From Felis catus (lineage: Eukaryota): a stretch of 64,000 bases of DNA. Positions 50,158-62,589 of this stretch are shown in pieces. The notes beneath the pieces were generated by a model, which saw only the letters and a program-made list of their open reading frames with translations, searched no databases and was not told the origin of the DNA. Each line of letters opens with the position of its first letter. Positions within the stretch are counted from its first letter, which is position 1. The DNA lies in the NCBI RefSeq assembly GCF_018350175.1, contig NC_058368.1:112966001-113030000 (forward strand), read 5' to 3'. The translations under genes and the position numbers were made by a program.

Positions 50158-50337
50158 TTTTTTTTTTTTCTTTAAATTTTATTTACTTATCTTTGAGAGA
50201 CACGGGAGGAGGGGCAGAGAGAGAAGGAGACAGAACCTGAAGCAGGCTCTGCACTGACAGACCTCAAACCCACGATCTGTGAGATTGTGACCTGAGCGGA
50301 AGTCAGACACTCAACCAGCTGAGCCACCCAGGCACAT
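50158..50337 (-). mobile_element. Can-SINE (diverged)
   Basis: Antisense body ending gagccacccaggcac. Confidence 0.85.
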
Positions 50338-50480
50338 CTCATATGGTAATTCCATTTTTAATTTTCTAAGGAGCTGCCATACGGTTTTTCGTAGTGCTGC
50401 TGTACCAATTTACATTCACCACAACAGTGCCCAAGGGTCCAATTTCTTCACTTCATAGCCAACACTTGATATTATCTGTT

Positions 50481-50493
50481 TCTTTTTCTTTTC

Positions 50494-50526
<33 letters not shown>

Positions 50527-50741
50527 AATTTTTTTTTCAACGTTTATTTATTTTTGGGACAGAGAGAGACAGAGCATGAACGGGGGAGGGGCAGAGAGAG
50601 AGGGAGACACAGAATCGGAAACAGGCTCCAGGCTCTGAGCCATCAGCCCAGAGCCTGATGCGGGGCTCGAACCCACAGACCGCGAGATCGTGACCTGAGC
50701 TGAAGTCGGACGCTTAACCGACTGCGCCACCCAGGCGCCCC
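50481..50741 (-). mobile_element. SINEC_Fc
   Basis: Near-consensus antisense copy. Confidence 0.95.
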
Positions 50742-50745
50742 AGTT

Positions 50746-50815
50746 TCGTTTCTTTTCTTTTCTTTTCTTTTCTTTTCTTTTCTTTTCTTTTCTTTTCTTT
50801 TCTTTTCTTTTCTTT
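50746..50815. repeat. (TTTTC)n pentanucleotide repeat
   Basis: Direct observation; a related tract lies at 50480-50515. Confidence 0.95.
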
Positions 50816-51330
50816 TTTTGCAATATCCATCCTAATGGGTGTGAAGTGATATCTCATTTGATTTCAATTTATATTTCCCTGATGATTAGTAATGTTGAGC
50901 ATCTTTGCATATGCTGGTTGGCCTAAATTTGGAGAAATGTCTATTCGAATCCTTTGCCCATTTAAAAAAAATTGGTTATTTTGTTGTTGTTGTTGTTGTT
51001 GCAGAGTTGTAGGGCTTCTTTATATAGTCTAGATACGAACCCCCTTATTAGCTACATGATTTGCAAATATTTTTTTCTCACTTAATAGGTTGCCTTTTTA
51101 CTCTGGTAATTGTGTGTTTTGATGCACAGTAAGTTTTTAATTTTGATCTAGTCCAGTTTATTTTTATTCTTATTGCCTATGTTCTTGGTGTCATAGCCAA
51201 GAAATCTTTGCCAAATCTGGTACTGTGAATTTTTCTTCTGCGCTTTCTCCTAAGAACTTTAGTTTCAGGTCTTTTATTTAGGCCTTTGATACATTTTGTG
51301 GTACACACTTTTATACTTAATACTATTCCC

Positions 51331-51550
51331 TTTTTAAAATTTTTAAATTTTTTTAACTTTATTTTTGAGGGGGGGGGGAAGAGTGCAAGCAGAGGAGGGG
51401 CAGAGAGAGAGGGAGACACAGAATGTGAAGCAGGCTCCAGGCTCTGAGCTGTCAGCACAGAACCTGACACGGGGCTTGAACTCACAGACTGTGAGATCAT
51501 GCCCTGAGCTGAAGTCGGACGCCTAAGCAACTGAGGCACCCAAGTGCCCC
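51331..51550 (-). mobile_element. Can-SINE
   Basis: Imperfect TSD tatacttaatactattc/tataattagtactattc. Confidence 0.92.
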
Positions 51551-53129
51551 TATAATTAGTACTATTCTGTGCTGTAGTTCCCTGCAACCTGAGAGCCAGA
51601 CCTCGCTGGATCGCCATGGTTACAACAATAAGCCAACTTTCCCAGGCTCTTTCTTCCTTTGCTGCAACTTCCTATAAAGTCCCTGCACTATTCCTGGGAG
51701 TACCATGGGGGGCCTCACATGTGTACTCTGGCAAGTTCAGTCAGCCACTGTAGGTAACTGACACAAACCATTGTCCCTTTTGACTGGGTACCACCAGCCC
51801 ACTGAATGCTACTGCCTCGTCCAGACCTCTCTGCCATCTCCTGCCGGGTTTGCCTCTACTTTTCCATTAAACACAGTCATTTTCCATCATCCACTGCTGC
51901 CACTTTCACCAACTCGCATGGGACCATCAGCACCATGAACTCTTGAGGTGCCAGAGATGTGGTAGTCTGGGTTGATGGGGGGAGCATCTCTGCACTGTCC
52001 TAGGGTGGTAACTTGTCTCAAAAAAGCTACCCACTTTGGGTTTTGTTTTTGTTTCATTTTAGCAATATAGTGCTTTCACTATTTGCTGACAGTGTCCTCT
52101 CTCTTTAAAACCCAGACGTGAATGTGTGAGGACGAGGCCAGACTCAGGACATTAAGTGGCAGTGCAGCACCCCACTCCAGTGACAGAGCTTGATCACTGG
52201 GTGAAGCTCGTGGAGCCTGGCTCCACTTTCCCTCTGGATGAGGGTTTTTGCAGAAGGACCTTCAGTTCCTCATGCAAATGGACTTTTGTCCCCCTGTCAG
52301 TACCCCAGCTAACTGTTCCACTAGGACCCCCTCTGAATTATATTAGAGCAGTTGTGAACTCAGGAGAGCAGCCTCACTGCCGTGCTGACGATTTGCCCTG
52401 AGTCAGGCCCGGTCCTGCACAAAGCCCCAGGGCAGGTGTTCCCAAGCAGGTACATAAATCTCATCTCTTTGGCGCTTAGGAAGAATCTCTATTCTTTATT
52501 TAGAAGAGCTATTTATCATATGCCATCCAATATTGATGAGTTAATTTGAATCCCACAATGAAACAAAATACAATATCTAACTGGAAAACATCAGTAATCC
52601 TTCCATTATGCATCACTATTGACATACTTGTTAATTTCCCTCTAATTGCAGTCTTACCACTGAAACATTGGCATCTGTGTGGCAGTTATTCAAAGTGCCC
52701 CAACGTAAGGGGGATGGGAAAACAGCACAAAATAAGCCAGTAGTAGAGCCGGGGCGGGGGGGGGGGGGGCGGGGGAGGGGAGAAGGAAGTAGGAATTGCA
52801 GCATCTGGCGGCCAGCACCTGTTAGGCATGTAGAAGGGTCGAGCGGCACCAACAGCCACTAGAACTTTGCCCGTGTTGGACAGGAAAAGTGATTTTTCTT
52901 TGTGCGGAAAGCTCTCATTGAGCTTGTGAATAGGTTTTCTAAAGTTATATATGTAATTAATAGCTGCATCGTTAGAGAGGTGTAGTGAGGATCGAAATGA
53001 AATGCTGCAAGGAAAGCAGGCAGCACAGTCCCTGGTATTTAACTCAGAAAACGGTGGCTTAAGAAAAACCTTTCTATTTCCTTTTACAATGGACACTGAG
53101 AGCACAGTGTGCTTTGGGAGAAAGAAAAA

Positions 53130-53480
53130 AGGCTTTGGAGCCCGCAGTTGTGAACCAGCAGCACTGCCTGATAGTTATTCTTCAATTACCCTGGGAGCCT
53201 CATCTGCCTCATCTGTAAAATGGAGGCACCACCACCTTCAAAGAGTTGCCGCGAAGGTTAAGTGACGCAGTGCAGTGCCTAGCAGAGTATCTGGTTCATT
53301 ACCATTATCATGTAGCTGTAACAACAGTTGGTGTTTATTGAATGCCACCTGTATGCCCGACACCTGGCTTAATATTCTAAGTAGGTGCTTTTATTATATC
53401 TGTTTTATTATATCTGATGAGGAGCTGGAATTCTGACAGGCTGAGTGACTCGCCCAAGGTCACATAGCTAAAAACACTCA
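53130..53480. mobile_element. Two MIR fragments
   Basis: cctcatctgtaaaatggag...; gatgaggagctgg...gtgactcgcccaaggtcacatagct. Confidence 0.65.
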
Positions 53481-53576
53481 TTTTTTCATTGCAGCCATAA
53501 TCAGTTTGATGCTTAAGCACATGAGTTAACCAGTCTGCCATGTTGACTCATCCCTTTGTTTTGGGACTTTCTCCAG

Positions 53577-53640
53577 TGATGCTCAGTGGCTTGGAACTAG
53601 CTAGAATTCAGACAGGAAGGCTAACTGAGGGCAGGGATGG
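53577..53640 (+). ncRNA. Candidate non-coding exon (64 nt)
   Basis: Acceptor ggactttctccag| and donor TGG|gtgaga. Confidence 0.25.
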
Positions 53641-55282
53641 GTGAGACAGAAGTCAATAGTGCTGGAGCACTCTGAGAAGTGGAACGACTATGGACAAGGT
53701 GGGGGTTGTGTGTTGAGGAGGCAGGAAGGGATGCTAGAAAATCAATGTGAAGGCCAATGAGAGTAATGGACCGAGGAAACTGAGCAAGTCAGATGATGAG
53801 AAGGCAAGAAGTCCCCACCCATCTACCCAAGAGGTCTCTTCTGCAAGCAACTGTGGACCCATGGTCTCCAAAGTCTCCTAAGAGAAAAATGGAAACGCAA
53901 GCTTGCATTGTGATGACCAGATTCTAACGCTCTGGTACTTGTGGGAATGAAATCACACCAGGAAGAAGAAAACCATGAAAATCCAGCCTCACTCACACTA
54001 TAGAGACCCTTGTCTAAAAACTTTCATGGTAAAAAACAAAAATGCATGGTTGAGGATCTTAAGACCATAGGAAAAAGAGTTAAGAGGACCCATGTCACAG
54101 AAAACTCTGCGAACACCCTTCTAAAACTTCCACATTCATCAATGTGAAATAAATCTAACCCAACCCAATAAAAAGAATATCAGCTTCATCTAATACATTG
54201 TAAATTAACCGTAATCACTACTATGCAATTAATTTATGTGGCATGGAAAAATTGTAATATGACCCTTCCTTAGAGCTTCAGAAGAATGTCTGGGAATTCG
54301 TTGTGCTTCCTCACAGACACCATATCATTTTTTTCTATTTGATTATTAGCCCAAATGTCTGATTCCTTTTTGATGAGATGACTCAGACTTCTTGACTCCC
54401 ATCTTCCTGGTCTTGTTGCAGTGCCAGAGAGTGAGCCGGATGCACAGCACACCCATCAGTATGCTCTTAGAGATTTGTACTCAGCTCTGTCTTCCCAGGA
54501 GACATGAGGACATAGGTCTGAGCTTCGGTTGGCTTCCTTCAGTTTTTTTTCTGTCCTCCCAAGTCTTTACCAAAAACCTCCATTCCACTTCTCTCTTTTC
54601 TGTTCCCAAACCCTAATCTCTCTTTTCCATGATAACAGCTAATAGGAGTGACTCATCTGCTCTGACCAAAGTGCTTATGGATGGATCAAAGTTGGCCCAA
54701 ACAAAGCTCCGTGCTTTAGTATTTCACGCATAGGATATGCATGTGGTTTAGAAAGGGTCATAACCTGGTGCTTTAAAGTCAGATTCGGAATCTGAGTGTT
54801 TTCATATTTTTCCCTGGTAAAAAGTTTCCCCACTTTAGGGATGTCCAGTGAGCTCTCCCTCACATAAAGCTGTAAAGTTCAGTTCTGTCCAGCTGTCTTA
54901 CTGTGGAGCCTCACGAAGACTAACGTCCCCCCATTAGAACTGTATGTGACATTGATTGACATAATACTGTTAATACCCTCAGAAAATGGAAAGAACATTC
55001 ACAATGTCATTTGATGCCAGTGGAAACAATGAGAATGGGTGCTTGCCTACAAATTAACTGAAAATATTTCACTGATGACCAATGTTGACAAGAATGTATT
55101 AACACAGGCACTGATAGACAACCGGTGAAATTTTAAGTTGGTACCATAGTGGGCAGTATGTTCCAAGAGCATTTAATGTTGATTTTATATGTGCAAACAG
55201 CTTCTAACTTAAATTTGGATCCTTGTGTGTCTCTCTCTGTTGGAGAGACAGCACTCCGCTGTCACAAGGAGAGTGATAATTT

Positions 55283-55532
55283 AAAAAAAATTTTTTTAAT
55301 CTTTATTTTTGAGAGAGAGAGAGAAGAGAGAGAGGGAGGGAGGGAGGGAGGGAGAGAGAGAAACAGAGTGGAAGCAGGGGAGCAATAGAGAGAGGAGACA
55401 CAAGATCCGAAGCAGGCTCCAGGATCCGAGCTGTCAGCACTGAGCCCGACGTGGGGCCCAAACCCATGCTCCATGAGTTCATGACCCGAGCCCAAGTCGG
55501 ACGCTCAACCCACTGAGCCACCCAGGCACCCC
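55283..55532 (-). mobile_element. Can-SINE
   Basis: TSD aggagagtgata. Confidence 0.93.
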
Positions 55533-55804
55533 AGGAGAGTGATATTTTTCAGTGGAAATTCAACAATTAGCCCTGAGTATACTTTAGGGTACAAAAGCTG
55601 GAATGGTAGGAATTTGTCCCTGAGAGGAAGTTCTCCTGCTTAAAATCAGGTCTCTGAACCTGTAAATCTGAATGAAGGCCAGCCATGGACTATTGGGTTC
55701 ACCTGAGCTAAGTGAGTGTTCCCCAGGAGGAGGCCTGTTGACAGCGATGCAGCTGAGGATCCTCTGTAAGACCTTGACCGACTGCTCCCATTTCGTTCCA
55801 ACAG

Positions 55805-55963
55805 CAACAGAGAACGGAGGTCCCTTTTTGAGAAGACCTGAGACAATGATGTGCTTCCATGCCAGAATGGGAAGAAATGGTCCAAGAGAGCAAACCAGAA
55901 GTAAGAGCGAAAGTGAAGGGGAGCAGTGGGCTTGACGTCCATTTTGATATCACTGAGGCCCAG
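55805..55963 (+). ncRNA. Candidate non-coding exon (159 nt)
   Basis: Acceptor ccttgac...ctgctcccatttcgttccaacag| and consensus donor CAG|gtaagt; stops in all frames. Confidence 0.35.
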
Positions 55964-56319
55964 GTAAGTGACTTAGGGTATAGGTGACAATAGAAGTGAC
56001 ATGATGGTCCTAAGGTAGTCAACCTTTCGGAACAAAGGTGATTTTAGGAAAACGAATACAACTGAGTTTGGGGCTCTGTTAAGATTGGGAAGGTTATACC
56101 TCGTCTTTCCACTTATCTGCACTGTCCTTTTCACAAGGAAGAGTGTAGTCATATCATATTTGAGTAATTTAAAAAACAAACACTTGAAGTACATGTCAAC
56201 TTGCGAAAAGTTAATATAATATAGGCGATGGACATTTTCTTCTTTCTACGCCTCTGGATTTTTCAAATTCTAGAGATAGATGTTCTGTTACTCTTTTCCT
56301 ATTCTGCTATAGCAATTCT

Positions 56320-56560
56320 TACATCATTTACTGAGTGCTGTGTATGTGTCAAAGACTCTACTTGTACATGCATCATTTCATTTAATTCTAATAACACTCC
56401 TGTCAGGTACAGACTGCTTTCATCTATTTGCAGATAAAGAAACTGAGGCTTGGAGGATTTACGTACTTGCCCACAGTCTTTCATTAAAGAATGGCTAAGC
56501 TGAGTTTCAAGTCTCTATCTGTGACTCCAGAACCTACAACCATAACCAATACGCTATAGA
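56320..56560 (-). mobile_element. MIR
   Basis: catttactgagtgct...catttaattctaataac...gcagataaagaaactgaggct. Confidence 0.75.
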
Positions 56561-56833
56561 GCTTCCAGGTATTGTGAAATGGCAATTGCTCTTTCTGGAG
56601 TCTTTGTGGGGAAAACAGAAAGCCAGGAAAAGATTTGTGCCCATATATATGCATTGCAATATTTCTTTATAATAGCTGAAGTTTGGGGAGGGGGTTAAAT
56701 AAATACATGCTCATGACAGACCCCCTATGCAGCTCTGAAAGTGTTTTCAGATTAAGAATATTTACTATCATGCAGGACAAATATTTACCAAGATGTTAAT
56801 CATAAGAAAGCAGAGTATAAACGTGCACATAGA

Positions 56834-57063
56834 GGGGCACCTGGGTAGGTCAGTTGGTTAAGCGTCTGACTCTTGATTTCGAGTCAGGCCACGAGCTCAT
56901 GGTTATGAGATGGAGACCTGCACTGGCCTCAACATGGAGTATGGAGCCTACTTGGGATTCTGTCCCCCCGCCCCTTCCCTTCCCCTGCTTGTGTGCATGC
57001 CCTCTCTCTCTCTCTGTCTTTTTCTCTCTCAAAATAAATAAATAAACTTAAAAATTAAAAAAA
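56834..57063 (+). mobile_element. Can-SINE
   Basis: Head, CT tract and tail. Confidence 0.9.
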
Positions 57064-57125
57064 GGAAAGAAAACAGCCTAGTAAGGTTTCCAGCTTTGCC
57101 TTGTATAAAGAGAAGGGTTACTTAC

Positions 57126-57168
57126 CTCCTGCTTTACATAGGATTTTGGAATCATTTCTGGTCCATTA
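57126..57168 (-). other. Candidate minus-strand exon (43 nt)
   Basis: Acceptor cttttgttctacctgacccccacctcag| and donor GAG|gtaagt. Confidence 0.4.
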
Positions 57169-57728
57169 CTGAGGTGGGGGTCAGGTAGAACAAAAGGAGA
57201 CAAGAATTGATGTCAGTGAAAGAAGAAACTTCAAGGAGGCGTAAGGTAGAGCCTCTTGGCTGACAGGAGGTATAACCCTCGAATTGGATGCTGTTGAGAA
57301 AAGGGATTTCGGACCCTGGCGGTTTCAAAGAGGAAACTAACACACTATCTTTCTTGGCGAGCTTAGCAAGTCAGAGGCCTAGATTTCACAATCCCTGAGG
57401 AATCTGATCCAAGTCTTAAAGGCTCAAGCGTGATTACTGGCAAAGCGATTTGCTTTCATGCCTCCTTCACATCACCTCCGTGGCCAGTCTGGTCTTCAGC
57501 ACCCTCTATCTGTCCCAGATTTTCTGGGAGCACAGTAACCGTGCAGAATTTGGCTGCTTGCATTGTACAGAAACAATTTAAGGGAAATTGATCCTTCGAT
57601 TCCTGGTGAATTGCTTAGATCTCTCATAACACGCCATCTTACCTTTAGGCTATTTACAGAAACAATGATGAAGCTTACTTTCGTTCTCTAGATTTTTTAA
57701 AAACCCAGTTAAAAATAGAGTTTCTGGT

Positions 57729-57760
<32 letters not shown>

Positions 57761-58198
57761 CAGAAAGGAAATAAGTAGTTTTCCTTCAAGGAAGTCTGAA
57801 AGTGTGTAGCAGTTTAATTAGCTACTAAAAACTACTAATAAGATTAACAATCGGTGTGCTACTTCAGAGATGAAAAAGATGTGGGAAGTTAACTAGGAAC
57901 ACTACACCAAGTATTATCAAGATGGAGGGAAATGCATGTACTTTCAATGCTATGAGTTATAAAAGCAATCTTATCAGCACAAATGGTATAGCAGTGAAAT
58001 ATAGAGTATAATTTTTTTAAAAAGTATAATTTAGCTAAATGTGCTGTGTCGAAATTGTGAAATTCCTGAATGATATGGTTTGAAGAAAACAAACTGACAA
58101 GAACCTTGATATATTGAATCGAAGCCACACACTGTATTAAGATGATTTTAAATGCAACAAATATTAATGCCAACTGGCTTTAAAAAAAAAAGGGGGGG

Positions 58199-58425
58199 GG
58201 GGCGCCTGGGTGGTGCAGTCGGTTAAGCGTCCGACTTCAGCCAGGTCACGATCTCGCGGTCCGTGAGTTCGAGCCCCGCGTCAGGCTCTGGGCTGATGGC
58301 TCGGAGCCTGGAGCCTCTTTCCTATTCTGTGTCTCCCTCTCTCTCTGCCCCTCCCCCGTTCATGCTCTGTCTCTTTCTGTCCCAAAAATAAATAAACGTT
58401 AAAAAAAAAATTAAAAAAAAAAAAA
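58199..58425 (+). mobile_element. SINEC_Fc (young)
   Basis: Near-consensus sequence with CpGs retained. Confidence 0.95.
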
Positions 58426-59002
58426 GGAACGTACTGATCTTGCATAACAGATCAAGCGGTAAGGCAAGATTCAGGGTTGGTGGAGTTGAAGGTCGACCAT
58501 ATCATGGTGGGGTTGTGTTTTTTTCCATTCATCTGGACTGCCATTCGCAACATCAGAGTCTTTCTAAAACTGGTCTGTCTCATGGTTCTGTGTTGGCTGT
58601 CAGCTACAGCTGGAGAAGCCAGCTTCCCGGGTAATCTCCATTGAATTGTGGAATGCTAGTCCTTTCCTTCACTTGGACGGACAAAGTCCACACATGTACC
58701 CCTTCCTGAATTTCCTGAGCCATAACACCTGCACAGGACATGCCATGTACTCCTTTGTTAACTAATCGTAATCTACCCCAGGCTTATAGGATGGAGCCAG
58801 TTTACTGTGTGTTATGAGGAGAAGGGTGGATAACCAAATAAAATTGTGATTGTGTTGGGAAGGAAAGAAGGGGAAATGGCTGCTTAGTGAGAAAACAATG
58901 GTGTTCACCACAATAATCTTGTGGTTCCCATTGTATGTACCCACCTGTCTTCTCACACATACACTTTGGCAAGCTAGACACATACATGAAAAACTCACTC
59001 AC

Positions 59003-59093
59003 ATGCTCAGTCTCATCCAGCTGAGCTGGATGTCCAGTCCCAGCTCCAAGATCTCCGGATGATGGACAGCATTTCCCCTCAGATCTGAATGAT
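59003..59093 (-). other. Candidate minus-strand exon (91 nt)
   Basis: Acceptor tctctccctgattctctctcaccag| and donor CAT|gtgagt. Confidence 0.45.
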
Positions 59094-59124
59094 CTGGTGA
59101 GAGAGAATCAGGGAGAGATTCGGG

Positions 59125-59540
59125 GAGGGCTTTGTGGGTTGAGCGTACACAATTTGGGAGTCCTTATTTAAGAAAAATACTAAATTATAAATACAGAATC
59201 AGGCATACAAATGCACTATTTACCCAGAATGAGAAAAAAACATAAGAAATTATGAAATGTAAAAGGTTGCCATATACCCCAAGTATCAAAAAATAGAGCA
59301 AAAATAAAAATAATATACTATTGTATAATGAATATGTTTATTAAGCGCCTAACTCAATTATTTTACTACATTTTGTCTCTTTCTTTAATCATCTAGTCAT
59401 ATGACAATGACTTCTTGATTCAAATGATTATAGAGATAATAGAATGCTAATGCCACCTTTATTTTTTCATTTGAAAGTTTAGAAAACTTCTTTCACCTTT
59501 GGAACTTTTTTTCTTATTTGTAATATCACAACTGTAACAC
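59125..59540 (+). mobile_element. Arthur1-like hAT-Tip100 fragment
   Basis: tttgtggg...tacacaatttgggagtccttatttaagaaaaatac...agaatgagaaaa resembles recalled Arthur1 5' end. Confidence 0.5.
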
Positions 59541-60017
59541 CCTTCACTTTTTCTTATTCAGGTAGATCTTTCTGCTTTGAGATGAACTGCTGTAGTATAT
59601 CCCGCTGCTGGACAGAAGTGGTAAGAACCTCCTCTGCCCAGGCAGTGGAATGACTCTTTGGCCAGCCAACTTGACATTCATTGATTCTCCTATCGGAACG
59701 ATGTTCCTGTTCAATTTCCTCCATAGTCACCCCTGACATGTTTACTGGGAGATGAAATGTGATCCTTTTGGGAAGCAGAGCTTTTGTGATCCACTTCCTG
59801 ATGTAACAAATACCAAGGTCAAGGCTTAGGGGTTAGGCATGTAGGCTATTGTCAGACAACCTGGGGCTTTCTTTGGCAATAGAGGTCCCTTAAAAGCTTA
59901 GGAGTTTCATCTCTTTGCTTCTAGGAATTTCAGTGGGCACGCAGGTACCCAGAGTTAGGTGTCTTCTCTGCCTCTGTGCCATGTTCACTCCCCTGGCATA
60001 AAGTTTAACTTCCTCAC

Positions 60018-60091
60018 CTTGGATTATTTCAAGCGTTGGATCATTTGCAAAAGCAGCAACAATAATCCTCTCCTTGACCCCATACTTCATT
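60018..60091 (-). other. Candidate minus-strand exon (74 nt)
   Basis: Weak acceptor gctgtatctag| and donor AAG|gtgagg; reads MKYGVKERIIVAAFANDPTLEIIQ. Confidence 0.3.
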
Positions 60092-60383
60092 CTAGATACA
60101 GCTTTCCAGGGAACAGGGAGTACTTACAAGAAGGTGGCAGAAAGAGGCCTGTGACAACAGGCTCATCTTTCCCCTCAGTGTTGTCTGTTTCTCAGTCTTC
60201 TGCATCTTCCGTGTCTAACTGTAGCTTGGGTGGACAACACAGCCTTTCTGACCTTGAACATCTCCAGATTCTTGGCCCTGCATTCAACTTGGATTTTAGG
60301 GCAAGAGCACAAAAGGCCTCCTTTTAATCAAGCTGTGTGGTTTTCTCTCTCTGCTTTTGGAGTTCAGTTAAGCGTAAACTTAC

Positions 60384-60406
60384 CTCTTGTAAGACCTTGC
60401 TGATGG
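60384..60406 (-). other. Candidate minus-strand micro-exon (23 nt)
   Basis: Acceptor cttttaaccacttcttttag| and donor GAG|gtaagt. Confidence 0.4.
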
Positions 60407-60654
60407 CTAAAAGAAGTGGTTAAAAGCATACCAACAGCCTGCATTTTTCTACCACTTCTCCTAACGAATCAGTCTCCTCTGGCACATCGTCTCTGCCCTA
60501 AAGTATAATCAGCTGCATTTCAGTACAGTGTTCCCCAGCTATATCACTAGAGTAAGTCATTTGCTAAATGGGGGTAACAGACCCTCCTAACTGATAGACA
60601 TAGAGGACTGGGCCGTGCTGGGAGTGACTTTGGTCTGCTATGCAAATCTGTGCT

Positions 60655-61220
60655 GGCTGTTTCTATTAGGATTACCTTGGGCTGCAAGTAACAATAAAAC
60701 AGAGCAAAGGTGGCTTACATCTGTAAGGATATTTATTATGTACAGCAAATGACAAGTCTGGGGACAAGTGATCCCAGGGTTGACTGAGAGGACTGGCAGT
60801 GACAGGAAGGGCTCTGTGTCTGCACCCTGAGATGCTCTTGGCCTTTCACTAAGAGTGACAAGATGATCCCTGAAATGTTAAGCAACACGTTCTGAGGTGA
60901 TGGCATCCCAGGCAGGCAGTAAGGGCGAGGGTGGCAAGGGGGCTATTTCTCCTCCAGTACTCTTCCTTTTATTATGAAAGAAAAGGTCCCTCAGCAGATG
61001 TCCCCTCAGTCTCACTGGCCAGACTGGGACACCTACCCTTGTCCAGCACAACCACCGGTGGAGACGTCTGGGATTACCTGGCCAGCTTAAACCACGCCCC
61101 CCAGGATGTGAAAATGTCACTCTTCTCCAAGTCTTCCGCTGCCCACCTGCTACCAACAAAATACAGCTCTGTTTGCAAGGAAGATGGAGAGGTGGCTGAG
61201 GGAAGGGTGTCTGCCACAGA
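60655..61220. mobile_element. MLT1 (MaLR) LTR
   Basis: ttaggattaccttgggctgcaagtaaca...ggtggcttac...ccctcagcaga...tctcactggccagactgg. Confidence 0.7.
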
Positions 61221-61605
61221 GCTCTAGAGGGGAAGTCCCTGAGGTGTGGAGGAGCAAATGTCAGCTGTCTGTGGAAGCCTTCGGGAGGCACGCGAAGTAA
61301 GGATTTATGACCTGCGTCAAATTTCTGATCCCCTGCTTGAGAGGCCTTAGCGTGAGGTGAAGACAGCAGAAGAGGAAAACAACTCTGCAAGAAAGGGAAA
61401 GGGCAGGGCCCAGGGGTGGGACATTAAGGAATAAAGATGGAAGGGGAAACGGGAAATCGGAGCGCACAGGGAGGCCGGAGCGAGACTTTTTGTGACTGTT
61501 GCTTTCATAGGGGAAGGATTATGAAGAGTCTTAGCAATTTCTTCTGGGGAAGAAGAGGGATGTCGGGGCTGAGGAAACCCAAAGGCAGAAAGCCTGTGGG
61601 CGGGG

Positions 61606-61990
61606 TTCAGGCCAGGCTGGGGGTGGAATCTGAACCTTGTACGGTTGGAAGGGACTTCTTTAAGAAAACGTAAAAAAAAAAAGTACAAAATGCATAAAAT
61701 GAGGTTTCAAAGCAAACATTCATTTAGAGTGTAGAAAGAAACCCGACTTAAAGTTGTAACTTAAGTTTGTAACTTACAACTAAAGTTTGTCTCTTAAAGT
61801 TACGAACTTTTAGAATATGACAATCAGAAAAACGACATTGTTTTTATTAGCTGGCTGACACGCCCCTTTAATCATCTTTCCTTCAAGTTTTATCCATACA
61901 CTCAATACCCCTTCATATTAAGGACAACGGACACTGTTTTTTATAATGAGCACAGAAGGATAATTCAGTCACGGAGGAGCACAGCCGGTG
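61606..61990 (+). mobile_element. Second Arthur1-like hAT fragment
   Basis: ctgaaccttgtacggttgg...ctttaagaaaa...catttagagtg; similar to 59125-59260. Confidence 0.45.
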
Positions 61991-62152
61991 AACAAAGAGT
62001 ATTCTCCGTTCTGGTTGGGATGCATGAGGCGTGTGACCTCACCCTCGCATGTCCTCACGGCTGGGTGCGCCGCTTTCAGGCCTGTGTCCCACAAACGTGG
62101 GCCTCCCGTTAAACTCGCCTCCACGCAGTTCCATTCAGAAAAGGGAAAAACA

Positions 62153-62375
62153 GGGGCGCTTGGGTGGCGCAGTCGGTTAAGCGTCCGACTTCAGCCAGGT
62201 CACGATCTCGCGGTCCGTGAGTTCGAGCCCCGCGTCGGGCTCTGGGCTGATGGCTCAGAGCCTGGAGCCTGTTTCCGATTCTGTGTCTCCCTCTCTCTCT
62301 GCCCCTCCCCCGTTCATGCTCTGTCTCTCTCTGTCCCAAAAATAAATAAACGTTGAAAAAAAAATTTTTTTTAAA
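62153..62375 (+). mobile_element. SINEC_Fc (very young)
   Basis: Perfect 16-bp TSD agaaaagggaaaaaca (62137, 62376); CpGs intact. Confidence 0.96.
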
Positions 62376-62589
62376 AGAAAAGGGAAAAACATCGCACAGC
62401 CTAGTTACCATTCCATTTGGGCTATACTCCTGACGGGAGAGAACTTCCGTTTTGACAAGGTGTCCCTGAGCGTGAAGTCCTCTGCTTAGGGTTTTACGCA
62501 TCTGACAAAGGCATTTTCCCGGGACCGGCTTCTGGCTCTGGATTTTCCACCCCACTTCCCCTCCGTTCTTGCTGCACGTGCCGTTCCAG

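Larger units (their letters stand above)
49190..51330 (-). mobile_element. L1MB/MA-like 3' region split by four SINEs
   Basis: ccccagcccctggcaatcatcattctactttctg...gatggacgcttggg...gaaatgtctattcgaatcctttgccc. Confidence 0.85.

Noticed and set aside
51580..51900. Possible LTR (TATAAA at ~51673, ATTAAA at ~51866)
   Set aside because: Could not match a family or define termini or TSD
59014..59032. Inverted repeat catccagct-g-agctggatg; similar short ones at 26332-26360 and 37027-37048
   Set aside because: Stems of 9 bp or less are too short for pre-miRNA hairpins and are plausible by chance in 64 kb
5004..62555. Many ORFs with MAQSVKRPTSAQV.../QRETEHERGRGRE... motifs (e.g. 5256, 5856, 7656, 16141, 20646, 25171, 42621, 50548, 62109)
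   Set aside because: They are translations of Can-SINE copies, not a gene family
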